From the NCBI GenBank assembly GCA_977016875.1, contig CDRNST010000119.1:806001-870000 (forward strand): 64,000 bases of DNA, written 5' to 3'. The notes beneath the pieces are model-generated. The model did no database searches. It was given only the letters and a program-made list of their open reading frames with translations, and was not told the DNA's origin. The position numbers and the translations under genes are program-made. Below, piece after piece: positions 39,128 through 52,812 of the stretch; within the stretch, counting starts at the first letter, position 1; each line of letters begins with the position of its first letter. The stretch comes from Pavona decussata (lineage: Eukaryota).

Positions 39128-41310
39128 CTAAAATGGAAAAAATGAATAAATGAAGAATGATGTAATTAATAGTAAAGTAGAAAACTTGACTATTAATTTT
39201 GACAATTTTCCTGTCACCTGTCCTTTTTCTGGGAGCTTAACGAGACGTGCTGTCCAAATGCAAACATAGCATAAACTACGACGTCTTTTGATCTAGTTCA
39301 AATAAAATGCTTTTGTAAGATGTTTTGGCACTACCTGTTTGGAAGAAGCGGAGTAAAATTTACTTATCTTTTTCACAGTAAATGCAAAGACATCGTAATT
39401 GTAATCGTAATTACAGATGTTGGTGAGTGTTAGTACAATTAGTATTTGTATTATAAAGGCTGCTTTCTCTCTTATACTTGAATAGAGATACGATTATAAA
39501 AATACTCTAAACTTAACCAACAAAAGCATAAGTTAATGATCAGATTAGAGATTTCCGTTTTATATAATTGAATAAGGGACTTGTTGTTTTTTTTTTACAG
39601 GAAGATAACAAGAGGCTGTTCTTTTTGTTGCCCGGAGTCAGCATCAATGTACATTCCATAGACAGGACTCTCAGACTGGAATTGTGCACGAAGGTGTTTC
39701 TGTACCATTTGTCTACTGAAACCATAGACTTTCTGTTCTAGTTCCCTCTCATGCCAAGGTAATAAAGCAATCAGACGGCCTTCGTGCTGTATCCATTCAG
39801 GATATCCTCCTTGTCACAACTGGCCAATATTAACAATGGAACTCTGACAAGACAACGTCATAAGTTGTATCAACATCAATTCCAATCAAATGGTTTATGG
39901 TGAAACTGCAGTTCAGAGGCCCAATGTGCTGCTCTCTTGCTATCCTCTGAAGGGCTAGCACGGGATTATCATAGCAGAACCTTATGAAGGCATGGCAATG
40001 TAGCGCCAGTAATGCATTCAGACTGAGATGGAATGGTCATCCCTCTTTTGCAATCTTGGGATCAAAAGGGGACATTAAAACCAACTTCTCCACACAGGTG
40101 CAGAAAATAGCATCTAGATTCTGAGCTCTCTCTCTGAAGGACATGTGGAGAACATAAACCAGAATTCTTTCAAGGGTCTTCCGTAATGGTCTGTAGGCTC
40201 GTTTCTTCCACCTCTGGAAGCTGGTAACAAAACTGTGCTTTTTCTTTATGAACAAATGAATCAAGGAAAAAGTGCACTGCCAGCATGGACCAGTGGCCTT
40301 TAAATAGCTTGAGAACATTGCCTGTGTCGTCATTCCTGGCATAGTGAACAGCACAGAGTTCAGGCGCATCCACACGATTTAATATTGTGTACAATGCGTT
40401 TTCCAAGGGTGTATCACTGGCTGGGTTTCCTCCAAGAATTATGCCATCACTGTCGTTTACCACAACTGTGTCGAGGTATGCAAAACATCCAAACGACCCC
40501 TTTCTGGAACAGAGGCTTGATAAGCACTTTGATCCAAGTATGGCTGGTGAAGCTCATCTCCAACTTTACACTCTGTGTAGTATGTCTGGAACAGCTTGTA
40601 ACGCATTTTTCACTTTCCTGTTGGTTAAGTGACTGAGCGGCTCATTACTAAACTCCAAAATCGGGAACTGTTGGACATTCTTATGCACCTTCATAGCATC
40701 ACCCAGGGCCGAGGCAGGGCTTCCAATGTCAATCTTCTCGTATAGAACTACAGCTATTCGAGGCCGCCTTGCTCATTGAGAAGCTGTTTTTTGCGATTCT
40801 GGTGCATCTTCTGGTTCGCCTGGCAAGGCCTTCATGGCTGTGCTAATCAGCTTGCCAACCTCACACGTTAGCTGAATGTTGAGTTAAAATTTCTGCTGTA
40901 TGGCCAGGCATAATTTATTTAGAACCTAAACAAAAAAATGTACAACTTACTCACCCATGGCTAGAGCTGTGTTTATTACCATAATGGTTATCATCATCAT
41001 CGTGTCTTTTATTTAAACACAATAAAATTCGCGTCAAAAATTATATTCTCTTACTTCTTAGCCCTATAAAAAGAAAACTGTTTTTGTCTTGGAAATACAA
41101 CGCTGTACCTCGTTCCTGTACTTTGCAACAAGAAAGCCCGTTTCTGGGACTTTTTAGTTTAAATCGGTTAAAATAATAACATTATTTCATTTTGAGTCAC
41201 ATCAATTTAAGACATTTGTTTTCTTTATCTGCTGAGCAACAACAATGGTTGAGGCATTTGTTGCACTTACTATGCGACAACTTACTAAGATGGAGAGTGC
41301 GTGTATTGCC

Positions 41311-41864
41311 TCATGCCTTATTTGCATCCTGCAATGTTGCTGGGAAATTTTCCGGAGCTCTTTTGATGGTGCTCAACTGGTCGTCAGAGAAAAGTGTTTT
41401 CCAGTGTCTTCCGTCTTCTGTGTAGCAAACAAGAAGTTCTTCATTTGCACGGATATTTCGCTTTGACTTGTTTCAAAGGAAACCCTTTCGCTTGGGAAAC
41501 TGGCAGTTACCACGTTCAGCTATCAGCCTAGAGAACTTGGATCCTGCCAAGGAAAAAGGAAACAATCCGTCATTGCAATTTTTCCCCAACCCTGTTTCGT
41601 ACTCCTTTTCTGTGCTGTCAGTGTCCACGGAAAATCCCTTTTTTTTGGACAGTCACAAGGTAATCCCCAGATCTATTTGGATCATGCCAGCCTACAGTAG
41701 CTGTTGGTGCATAGGCAGAAACAAATGTGTCGGTAGGTATTGCTCAAACAGTAAAGAGCCCAGTGCCTGTACTTGCACCACCGATACCAATGCAAGTACT
41801 TTCACGAACCTGCAAGTGGTCCTCTGCTGTAGAAACAGGGGAATAATGGTGTCGCTCGCAATTT
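41311..41864 (-). pseudogene. SET-domain remnant, unit 16
   Basis: Copy of 257-810, same lesions; private synonymous change at 41678. Confidence 0.78.
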
Positions 41865-44047
41865 CTAAAATGGAAAAAATGAATAAATGAAGAATGATGT
41901 AATTAATAGTAAAGTAGAAAACTTGACTATTAATTTTGACAATTTTCCTGTCACCTGTCCTTTTTCTGGGAGCTTAACGAGACGTGCTGTCCAAATGCAA
42001 ACATAGCATAAACTACGACGTCTTTTGATCTAGTTCAAATAAAATGCTTTTGTAAGATGTTTTGGCACTACCTGTTTGGAAGAAGCGGAGTAAAATTTAC
42101 TTATCTTTTTCACAGTAAATGCAAAGACATCGTAATTGTAATCGTAATTACAGATGTTGGTGAGTGTTAGTACAATTAGTATTTGTATTATAAAGGCTGC
42201 TTTCTCTCTTATACTTGAATAGAGATACGATTATAAAAATACTCTAAACTTAACCAACAAAAGCATAAGTTAATGATCAGATTAGAGATTTCCGTTTTAT
42301 ATAATTGAATAAGGGACTTGTTGTTTTTTTTTTACAGGAAGGTAACAAGAGGCTGTTCTTTTTGTTGCCTGGAGTCAGCATCAATGTACATTCCATAGAC
42401 AGGACTCTCAGACTGGAATTGTGCACGAAGGTGTTTCTGTACCATTTGTCTACTGAAACCATAGACTTTCTGTTCTAGTTCCCTCTCATGCCAAGGTAAT
42501 AAAGCAATCAGACGGCCTTCGTGCTGTATCCATTCAGGATATCCTCCTTGTCACAACTGGCCAATATTAACAATGGAACTCTGACAAGACAACGTCACAA
42601 GTTGTATCAACATCAATTCCAATCAAATGGTTTATGGTGAAACTGCAGTTCAGAGGCCCAATGTGCTGCTCTCTTGCTATCCTCTGAAGGGCTAGCACGG
42701 GATTATCATAGCAGAACCTTATGAAGGCATGGCAATGTAGCGCCAGTAATGCATTCAGACTGAGATGGAATGGTCATCCCTCTTTTGCAATCTTGGGATC
42801 AAAAGGGGACATTTAAACCAACTTCTCCACACAGGTGCAGAAAATAGCATCTAGATTCTGAGCTCTCTCTCTGAAGGACATGTGGAGAACATAAACCAGA
42901 ATTCTTTCAAGGGTCTTCCGTAATGGTCTGTAGGCTCGTTTCTTCCACCTCTGGAAGCTGGTAACAAAACTGTGCTTTTTCTTTATGAACAAATGAATCA
43001 AGGAAAAAGTGCACTGCCAGCATGGACCAGTGGCCTTTAAATAGCTTGAGAACATTGCCTGTGTCGTCATTCCTGGCATAGTGAACAGCACAGAGTTCAG
43101 GCGCATCCACACGATTTAATATTGTGTACAATGCGTTTTCCAAGGGTGTATCACTGGCTGGGTTTCCTCCAAGAATTATGCCATCACTGTCGTTTACCAC
43201 AACTGTGTCGAGGTATGCAAAACATCCAAACGACCCCTTTCTGGAACAGAGGCTTGATAAGCACTTTGATCCAAGTATGGCTGGTGAAGCTCATCTCCAA
43301 CTTTACACTCTGTGTAGTATGTCTGGAACAGCTTGTAACGCATTTTTCACTTTCCTGTTGGTTAAGTGACTGAGCGGCTCATTACTAAACTCCAAAATCG
43401 GGAACTGTTGGACATTCTTATGCACCTTCATAGCATCACCCAGGGCCGAGGCAGGGCTTCCAATGTCAATCTTCTCGTATAGAACTACAGCTATTCGAGG
43501 CCGCCTTGCTCATTGAGAAGCTGTTTTTTGCGATTCTGGTGCATCTTCTGGTTCGCCTGGCAAGGCCTTCATGGCTGTGCTAATCAGCTTGCCAACCTCA
43601 CACGTTAGCTGAATGTTGAGTTAAAATTTCTGCTGTATGGCCAGGCATAATTTATTTAGAACCTAAACAAAAAAATGTACAACTTACTCACCCATGGCTA
43701 GAGCTGTGTTTATTACCATAATGGTTATCATCATCATCGTGTCTTTTATTTAAACACAATAAAATTCGCGTCAAAAATTATATTCTCTTACTTCTTAGCC
43801 CTATAAAAAGAAAACTGTTTTTGTCTTGGAAATACAACGCTGTACCTCGTTCCTGTACTTTGCAACAAGAAAGCCCATTTCTGAGACTTTTTAGTTTAAA
43901 TCGGTTAAAATAATAACATTATTTCATTTTGAGTCACATCAATTTAAGACATTTGTTTTCTTTATCTGCTGAGCAACAACAATGGTTGAGGCATTTGTTG
44001 CACTTACTATGCGACAACTTACTAAGATGGAGAGTGCGTGTATTGCC

Positions 44048-44601
44048 TCATGCCTTATTTGCATCCTGCAATGTTGCTGGGAAATTTTCCGGAGCTCTTT
44101 TGATGGTGCTCAACTGGTCGTCAGAGAAAAGTGTTTTCCAGTGTCTTCCGTCTTCTGTGTAGCAAACAAGAAGTTCTTCATTTGCACGGATATTTCGCTT
44201 TGACTTGTTTCAAAGGAAACCCTTTCGCTTGGGAAACTGGCAGTTACCACGTTCAGCTATCAGCCTAGAGAACTTGGATCCTGCCAAGGAAAAAGGAAAC
44301 AATCCGTCATTGCAATTTTTCCCCAACCCTGTCTCGTACTCCTTTTCTGTGCTGTCAGTGTCCACGGAAAATCCCTTTTTTTTGGACAGTCACAAGGTAA
44401 TCCCCAGATCTATTCGGATCATGCCAGCCTACAGTAGCTGTTGGTGCATAGGCAGAAACAAATGTGTCGGTAGGTATTGCTCAAACAGTAAAGAGCCCAG
44501 TGCCTGTACTTGCACCACCGATACCAATGCAAGTACTTTCACGAACCTGCAAGTGGTCCTCTGCTGTAGAAACAGGGGAATAATGGTGTCGCTCGCAATT
44601 T
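44048..44601 (-). pseudogene. SET-domain remnant, unit 17
   Basis: Copy of 257-810, same lesions. Confidence 0.78.
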
Positions 44602-46784
44602 CTAAAATGGAAAAAATGAATAAATGAAGAATGATGTAATTAATAGTAAAGTAGAAAACTTGACTATTAATTTTGACAATTTTCCTGTCACCTGTCCTTT
44701 TTCTGGGAGCTTAACGAGACGTGCTGTCCAAATGCAAACATAGCATAAACTACGACGTCTTTTGATCTAGTTCAAATAAAATGCTTTTGTAAGATGTTTT
44801 GGCACTACCTGTTTGGAAGAAGCGGAGTAAAATTTACTTATCTTTTTCACAGTAAATGCAAAGACATCGTAATTGTAATCGTAATTACAGATGTTGGGGA
44901 GTGTTAGTACAATTAGTATTTGTATTATAAAGGCTGCTTTCTCTCTTATACTTGAATAGAGATACGATTATAAAAATACTCTAAACTTAACCAACAAAAG
45001 CATAAGTTAATGATCAGATTAGAGATTTCCGTTTTATATAATTGAATAAGGGACTTGTTGTTTTTTTTTTACAGGAAGGTAACAAGAGGCTGTTCTTTTT
45101 GTTGCCCGGAGTCAGCATCAATGTACATTCCATAGACAGGACTCTCAGACTGGAATTGTGCACGAAGGTGTTTCTGTACCATTTGTCTACTGAAACCATA
45201 GACTTTCTGTTCTAGTTCCCTCTCATGCCAAGGTAATAAAGCAATCAGACGGCCTTCGTGCTGTATCCATTCAGGATATCCTCCTTGTCACAACTGGCCA
45301 ATATTAACAATGGAACTCTGACAAGACAACGTCATAAGTTGTATCAACATCAATTCCAATCAAATGGTTTATGGTGAAACTGCAGTTCAGAGGCCCAATG
45401 TGCTGCTCTCTTGCTATCCTCTGAAGGGCTAGCACGGGATTATCATAGCAGAACCTTATGAAGGCATGGCAATGTAGCGCCAGTAATGCATTCAGACTGA
45501 GATGGAATGGTCATCCCTCTTTTGCAATCTTGGGATCAAAAGGGGACATTTAAACCAACTTCTCCACACAGGTGCAGAAAATAGCATCTAGATTCTGAGC
45601 TCTCTCTCTGAAGGACATGTGGAGAACATAAACCAGAATTCTTTCAAGGGTCTTCCGTAATGGTCTGTAGGCTCGTTTCTTCCACCTCTGGAAGCTGGTA
45701 ACAAAACTGTGCTTTTTCTTTATGAACAAATGAATCAAGGAAAAAGTGCACTGCCAGCATGGACCAGTGGCCTTTAAATAGCTTGAGAACATTGCCTGTG
45801 TCGTCATTCCTGGCATAGTGAACAGCACAGAGTTCAGGCGCATCCACACGATTTAATATTGTGTACAATGCGTTTTCCAAGGGTGTATCACTGGCTGGGT
45901 TTCCTCCAAGAATTATGCCATCACTGTCGTTTACCACAACTGTGTCGAGGTATGCAAAACATCCAAACGACCCCTTTCTGGAACAGAGGCTTGATAAGCA
46001 CTTTGATCCAAGTATGGCTGGTGAAGCTCATCTCCAACTTTACACTCTGTGTAGTATGTCTGGAACAGCTTGTAACGCATTTTTCACTTTCCTGTTGGTT
46101 AAGTGACTGAGCGGCTCATTACTAAACTCCAAAATCGGGAACTGTTGGACATTCTTATGCACCTTCATAGCATCACCCAGGGCCGAGGCAGGGCTTCCAA
46201 TGTCAATCTTCTCGTATAGAACTACAGCTATTCGAGGCCGCCTTGCTCATTGAGAAGCTGTTTTTTGCGATTCTGGTGCATCTTCTGGTTCGCCTGGCAA
46301 GGCCTTCATGGCTGTGCTAATCAGCTTGCCAACCTCACACGTTAGCTGAATGTTGAGTTAAAATTTCTGCTGTATGGCCAGGCATAATTTATTTAGAACC
46401 TAAACAAAAAAATGTACAACTTACTCACCCATGGCTAGAGCTGTGTTTATTACCATAATGGTTATCATCATCATCGTGTCTTTTATTTAAACACAATAAA
46501 ATTCGCGTCAAAAATTATATTCTCTTACTTCTTAGCCCTATAAAAAGAAAACTGTTTTTGTCTTGGAAATACAACGCTGTACCTCGTTCCTGTACTTTGC
46601 AACAAGAAAGCCCGTTTCTGGGACTTTTTAGTTTAAATCGGTTAAAATAATAACATTATTTCATTTTGAGTCACATCAATTTAAGACATTTGTTTTCTTT
46701 ATCTGCTGAGCAACAACAATGGTTGAGGCATTTGTTGCACTTACTATGCGACAACTTACTAAGATGGAGAGTGCGTGTATTGCC

Positions 46785-47338
46785 TCATGCCTTATTTGCA
46801 TCCTGCAATGTTGCTGGGAAATTTTCCGGAGCTCTTTTGATGGTGCTCAACTGGTCGTCAGAGAAAAGTGTTTTCCAGTGTCTTCCGTCTTCTGTGTAGC
46901 AAACAAGAAGTTCTTCATTTGCACGGATATTTCGCTTTGACTTGTTTCAAAGGAAACCCTTTCGCTTGGGAAACTGGCAGTTACCACGTTCAGCTATCAG
47001 CCTAGAGAACTTGGATCCTGCCAAGGAAAAAGGAAACAATCCGTCATTGCAATTTTTCCCCAACCCTGTCTCGTACTCCTTTTCTGTGCTGTCAGTGTCC
47101 ACGGAAAATCCCTTTTTTTTGGACAGTCACAAGGTAATCCCCAGATCTATTCGGATCATGCCAGCCTACAGTAGCTGTTGGTGCATAGGCAGAAACAAAT
47201 GTGTCGGTAGGTATTGCTCAAACAGTAAAGAGCCCAGTGCCTGTACTTGCACCACCGATACCAATGCAAGTACTTTCACGAACCTGCAAGTGGTCCTCTG
47301 CTGTAGAAACAGGGGAATAATGGTGTCGCTCGCAATTT
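46785..47338 (-). pseudogene. SET-domain remnant, unit 18
   Basis: Copy of 257-810, same lesions. Confidence 0.78.
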
Positions 47339-49521
47339 CTAAAATGGAAAAAATGAATAAATGAAGAATGATGTAATTAATAGTAAAGTAGAAAACTTGA
47401 CTATTAATTTTGACAATTTTCCTGTCACCTGTCCTTTTTCTGGGAGCTTAACGAGACGTGCTGTCCAAATGCAAACATAGCATAAACTACGACGTCTTTT
47501 GATCTAGTTCAAATAAAATGCTTTTGTAAGATGTTTTGGCACTACCTGTTTGGAAGAAGCGGAGTAAAATTTACTTATCTTTTTCACAGTAAATGCAAAG
47601 ACATCGTAATTGTAATCGTAATTACAGATGTTGGTGAGTGTTAGTACAATTAGTATTTGTATTATAAAGGCTGCTTTCTCTCTTATACTTGAATAGAGAT
47701 ACGATTATAAAAATACTCTAAACTTAACCAACAAAAGCATAAGTTAATGATCAGATTAGAGATTTCCGTTTTATATAATTGAATAAGGGACTTGTTGTTT
47801 TTTTTTTACAGGAAGGTAACAAGAGGCTGTTCTTTTTGTTGCCTGGAGTCAGCATCAATGTACATTCCATAGACAGGACTCTCAGACTGGAATTGTGCAC
47901 GAAGGTGTTTCTGTACCATTTGTCTACTGAAACCATAGACTTTCTGTTCTAGTTCCCTCTCATGCCAAGGTAATAAAGCAATCAGACGGCCTTCGTGCTG
48001 TATCCATTCAGGATATCCTCCTTGTCACAACTGGCCAATATTAACAATGGAACTCTGACAAGACAACGTCACAAGTTGTATCAACATCAATTCCAATCAA
48101 ATGGTTTATGGTGAAACTGCAGTTCAGAGGCCCAATGTGCTGCTCTCTTGCTATCCTCTGAAGGGCTAGCACGGGATTATCATAGCAGAACCTTATGAAG
48201 GCATGGCAATGTAGCGCCAGTAATGCATTCAGACTGAGATGGAATGGTCATCCCTCTTTTGCAATCTTGGGATCAAAAGGGGACATTTAAACCAACTTCT
48301 CCACACAGGTGCAGAAAATAGCATCTAGATTCTGAGCTCTCTCTCTGAAGGACATGTGGAGAACATAAACCAGAATTCTTTCAAGGGTCTTCCGTAATGG
48401 TCTGTAGGCTCGTTTCTTCCACCTCTGGAAGCTGGTAACAAAACTGTGCTTTTTCTTTATGAACAAATGAATCAAGGAAAAAGTGCACTGCCAGCATGGA
48501 CCAGTGGCCTTTAAATAGCTTGAGAACATTGCCTGTGTCGTCATTCCTGGCATAGTGAACAGCACAGAGTTCAGGCGCATCCACACGATTTAATATTGTG
48601 TACAATGCGTTTTCCAAGGGTGTATCACTGGCTGGGTTTCCTCCAAGAATTATGCCATCACTGTCGTTTACCACAACTGTGTCGAGGTATGCAAAACATC
48701 CAAACGACCCCTTTCTGGAACAGAGGCTTGATAAGCACTTTGATCCAAGTATGGCTGGTGAAGCTCATCTCCAACTTTACACTCTGTGTAGTATGTCTGG
48801 AACAGCTTGTAACGCATTTTTCACTTTCCTGTTGGTTAAGTGACTGAGCGGCTCATTACTAAACTCCAAAATCGGGAACTGTTGGACATTCTTATGCACC
48901 TTCATAGCATCACCCAGGGCCGAGGCAGGGCTTCCAATGTCAATCTTCTCGTATAGAACTACAGCTATTCGAGGCCGCCTTGCTCATTGAGAAGCTGTTT
49001 TTTGCGATTCTGGTGCATCTTCTGGTTCGCCTGGCAAGGCCTTCATGGCTGTGCTAATCAGCTTGCCAACCTCACACGTTAGCTGAATGTTGAGTTAAAA
49101 TTTCTGCTGTATGGCCAGGCATAATTTATTTAGAACCTAAACAAAAAAATGTACAACTTACTCACCCATGGCTAGAGCTGTGTTTATTACCATAATGGTT
49201 ATCATCATCATCGTGTCTTTTATTTAAACACAATAAAATTCGCGTCAAAAATTATATTCTCTTACTTCTTAGCCCTATAAAAAGAAAACTGTTTTTGTCT
49301 TGGAAATACAACGCTGTACCTCGTTCCTGTACTTTGCAACAAGAAAGCCCGTTTCTGGGACTTTTTAGTTTAAATCGGTTAAAATAATAACATTATTTCA
49401 TTTTGAGTCACATCAATTTAAGACATTTGTTTTCTTTATCTGCTGAGCAACAACAATGGTTGAGGCATTTGTTGCACTTACTATGCGACAACTTACTAAG
49501 ATGGAGAGTGCGTGTATTGCC

Positions 49522-50075
49522 TCATGCCTTATTTGCATCCTGCAATGTTGCTGGGAAATTTTCCGGAGCTCTTTTGATGGTGCTCAACTGGTCGTCAGAG
49601 AAAAGTGTTTTCCAGTGTCTTCCGTCTTCTGTGTAGCAAACAAGAAGTTCTTCATTTGCACGGATATTTCGCTTTGACTTGTTTCAAAGGAAACCCTTTC
49701 GCTTGGGAAACTGGCAGTTACCACGTTCAGCTATCAGCCTAGAGAACTTGGATCCTGCCAAGGAAAAAGGAAACAATCCGTCATTGCAATTTTTCCCCAA
49801 CCCTGTTTCGTACTCCTTTTCTGTGCTGTCAGTGTCCACGGAAAATCCCTTTTTTTTGGACAGTCACAAGGTAATCCCCAGATCTATTCGGATCATGCCA
49901 GCCTACAGTAGCTGTTGGTGCATAGGCAGAAACAAATGTGTCGGTAGGTATTGCTCAAACAGTAAAGAGCCCAGTGCCTGTACTTGCACCACCGATACCA
50001 ATGCAAGTACTTTCACGAACCTGCAAGTGGTCCTCTGCTGTAGAAACAGGGGAATAATGGTGTCGCTCGCAATTT
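49522..50075 (-). pseudogene. SET-domain remnant, unit 19
   Basis: Copy of 257-810, same lesions. Confidence 0.78.
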
Positions 50076-52258
50076 CTAAAATGGAAAAAATGAATAAATG
50101 AAGAATGATGTAATTAATAGTAAAGTAGAAAACTTGACTATTAATTTTGACAATTTTCCTGTCACCTGTCCTTTTTCTGGGAGCTTAACGAGACGTGCTG
50201 TCCAAATGCAAACATAGCATAAACTACGACGTCTTTTGATCTAGTTCAAATAAAATGCTTTTGTAAGATGTTTTGGCACTACCTGTTTGGAAGAAGCGGA
50301 GTAAAATTTACTTATCTTTTTCACAGTAAATGCAAAGACATCGTAATTGTAATCGTAATTACAGATGTTGGTGAGTGTTAGTACAATTAGTATTTGTATT
50401 ATAAAGGCTGCTTTCTCTCTTATACTTGAATAGAGATACGATTATAAAAATACTCTAAACTTAACCAACAAAAGCATAAGTTAATGATCAGATTAGAGAT
50501 TTCCGTTTTATATAATTGAATAAGGGACTTGTTGTTTTTTTTTTACAGGAAGGTAACAAGAGGCTGTTCTTTTTGTTGCCTGGAGTCAGCATCAATGTAC
50601 ATTCCATAGACAGGACTCTCAGACTGGAATTGTGCACGAAGGTGTTTCTGTACCATTTGTCTACTGAAACCATAGACTTTCTGTTCTAGTTCCCTCTCAT
50701 GCCAAGGTAATAAAGGAATCAGACGGCCTTCGTGCTGTATCCATTCAGGATATCCTCCTTGTCACAACTGGCCAATATTAACAATGGAACTCTGACAAGA
50801 CAACGTCACAAGTTGTATCAACATCAATTCCAATCAAATGGTTTATGGTGAAACTGCAGTTCAGAGGCCCAATGTGCTGCTCTCTTGCTATCCTCTGAAG
50901 GGCTAGCACGGGATTATCATAGCAGAACCTTATGAAGGCATGGCAATGTAGCGCCAGTAATGCATTCAGACTGAGATGGAATGGTCATCCCTCTTTTGCA
51001 ATCTTGGGATCAAAAGGGGACATTTAAACCAACTTCTCCACACAGGTGCAGAAAATAGCATCTAGATTCTGAGCTCTCTCTCTGAAGGACATGTGGAGAA
51101 CATAAACCAGAATTCTTTCAAGGGTCTTCCGTAATGGTCTGTAGGCTCGTTTCTTCCACCTCTGGAAGCTGGTAACAAAACTGTGCTTTTTCTTTATGAA
51201 CAAATGAATCAAGGAAAAAGTGCACTGCCAGCATGGACCAGTGGCCTTTAAATAGCTTGAGAACATTGCCTGTGTCGTCATTCCTGGCATAGTGAACAGC
51301 ACAGAGTTCAGGCGCATCCACACGATTTAATATTGTGTACAATGCGTTTTCCAAGGGTGTATCACTGGCTGGGTTTCCTCCAAGAATTATGCCATCACTG
51401 TCGTTTACCACAACTGTGTCGAGGTATGCAAAACATCCAAACGACCCCTTTCTGGAACAGAGGCTTGATAAGCACTTTGATCCAAGTATGGCTGGTGAAG
51501 CTCATCTCCAACTTTACACTCTGTGTAGTATGTCTGGAACAGCTTGTAACGCATTTTTCACTTTCCTGTTGGTTAAGTGACTGAGCGGCTCATTACTAAA
51601 CTCCAAAATCGGGAACTGTTGGACATTCTTATGCACCTTCATAGCATCACCCAGGGCCGAGGCAGGGCTTCCAATGTCAATCTTCTCGTATAGAACTACA
51701 GCTATTCGAGGCCGCCTTGCTCATTGAGAAGCTGTTTTTTGCGATTCTGGTGCATCTTCTGGTTCGCCTGGCAAGGCCTTCATGGCTGTGCTAATCAGCT
51801 TGCCAACCTCACACGTTAGCTGAATGTTGAGTTAAAATTTCTGCTGTATGGCCAGGCATAATTTATTTAGAACCTAAACAAAAAAATGTACAACTTACTC
51901 ACCCATGGCTAGAGCTGTGTTTATTACCATAATGGTTATCATCATCATCGTGTCTTTTATTTAAACACAATAAAATTCGCGTCAAAAATTATATTCTCTT
52001 ACTTCTTAGCCCTATAAAAAGAAAACTGTTTTTGTCTTGGAAATACAACGCTGTACCTCGTTCCTGTACTTTGCAACAAGAAAGCCCGTTTCTGGGACTT
52101 TTTAGTTTAAATCGGTTAAAATAATAACATTATTTCATTTTGAGTCACATCAATTTAAGACATTTGTTTTCTTTATCTGCTGAGCAACAACAATGGTTGA
52201 GGCATTTGTTGCACTTACTATGCGACAACTTACTAAGATGGAGAGTGCGTGTATTGCC

Positions 52259-52812
52259 TCATGCCTTATTTGCATCCTGCAATGTTGCTGGGAAATTTTC
52301 CGGAGCTCTTTTGATGGTGCTCAACTGGTCGTCAGAGAAAAGTGTTTTCCAGTGTCTTCCGTCTTCTGTGTAGCAAACAAGAAGTTCTTCATTTGCACGG
52401 ATATTTCGCTTTGACTTGTTTCAAAGGAAACCCTTTCGCTTGGGAAACTGGCAGTTACCACGTTCAGCTATCAGCCTAGAGAACTTGGATCCTGCCAAGG
52501 AAAAAGGAAACAATCCGTCATTGCAATTTTTCCCCAACCCTGTTTCGTACTCCTTTTCTGTGCTGTCAGTGTCCACGGAAAATCCCTTTTTTTTGGACAG
52601 TCACAAGGTAATCCCCAGATCTATTCGGATCATGCCAGCCTACAGTAGCTGTTGGTGCATAGGCAGAAACAAATGTGTCGGTAGGTATTGCTCAAACAGT
52701 AAAGAGCCCAGTGCCTGTACTTGCACCACCGATACCAATGCAAGTACTTTCACGAACCTGCAAGTGGTCCTCTGCTGTAGAAACAGGGGAATAATGGTGT
52801 CGCTCGCAATTT
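52259..52812 (-). pseudogene. SET-domain remnant, unit 20
   Basis: Copy of 257-810, same lesions. Confidence 0.78.
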
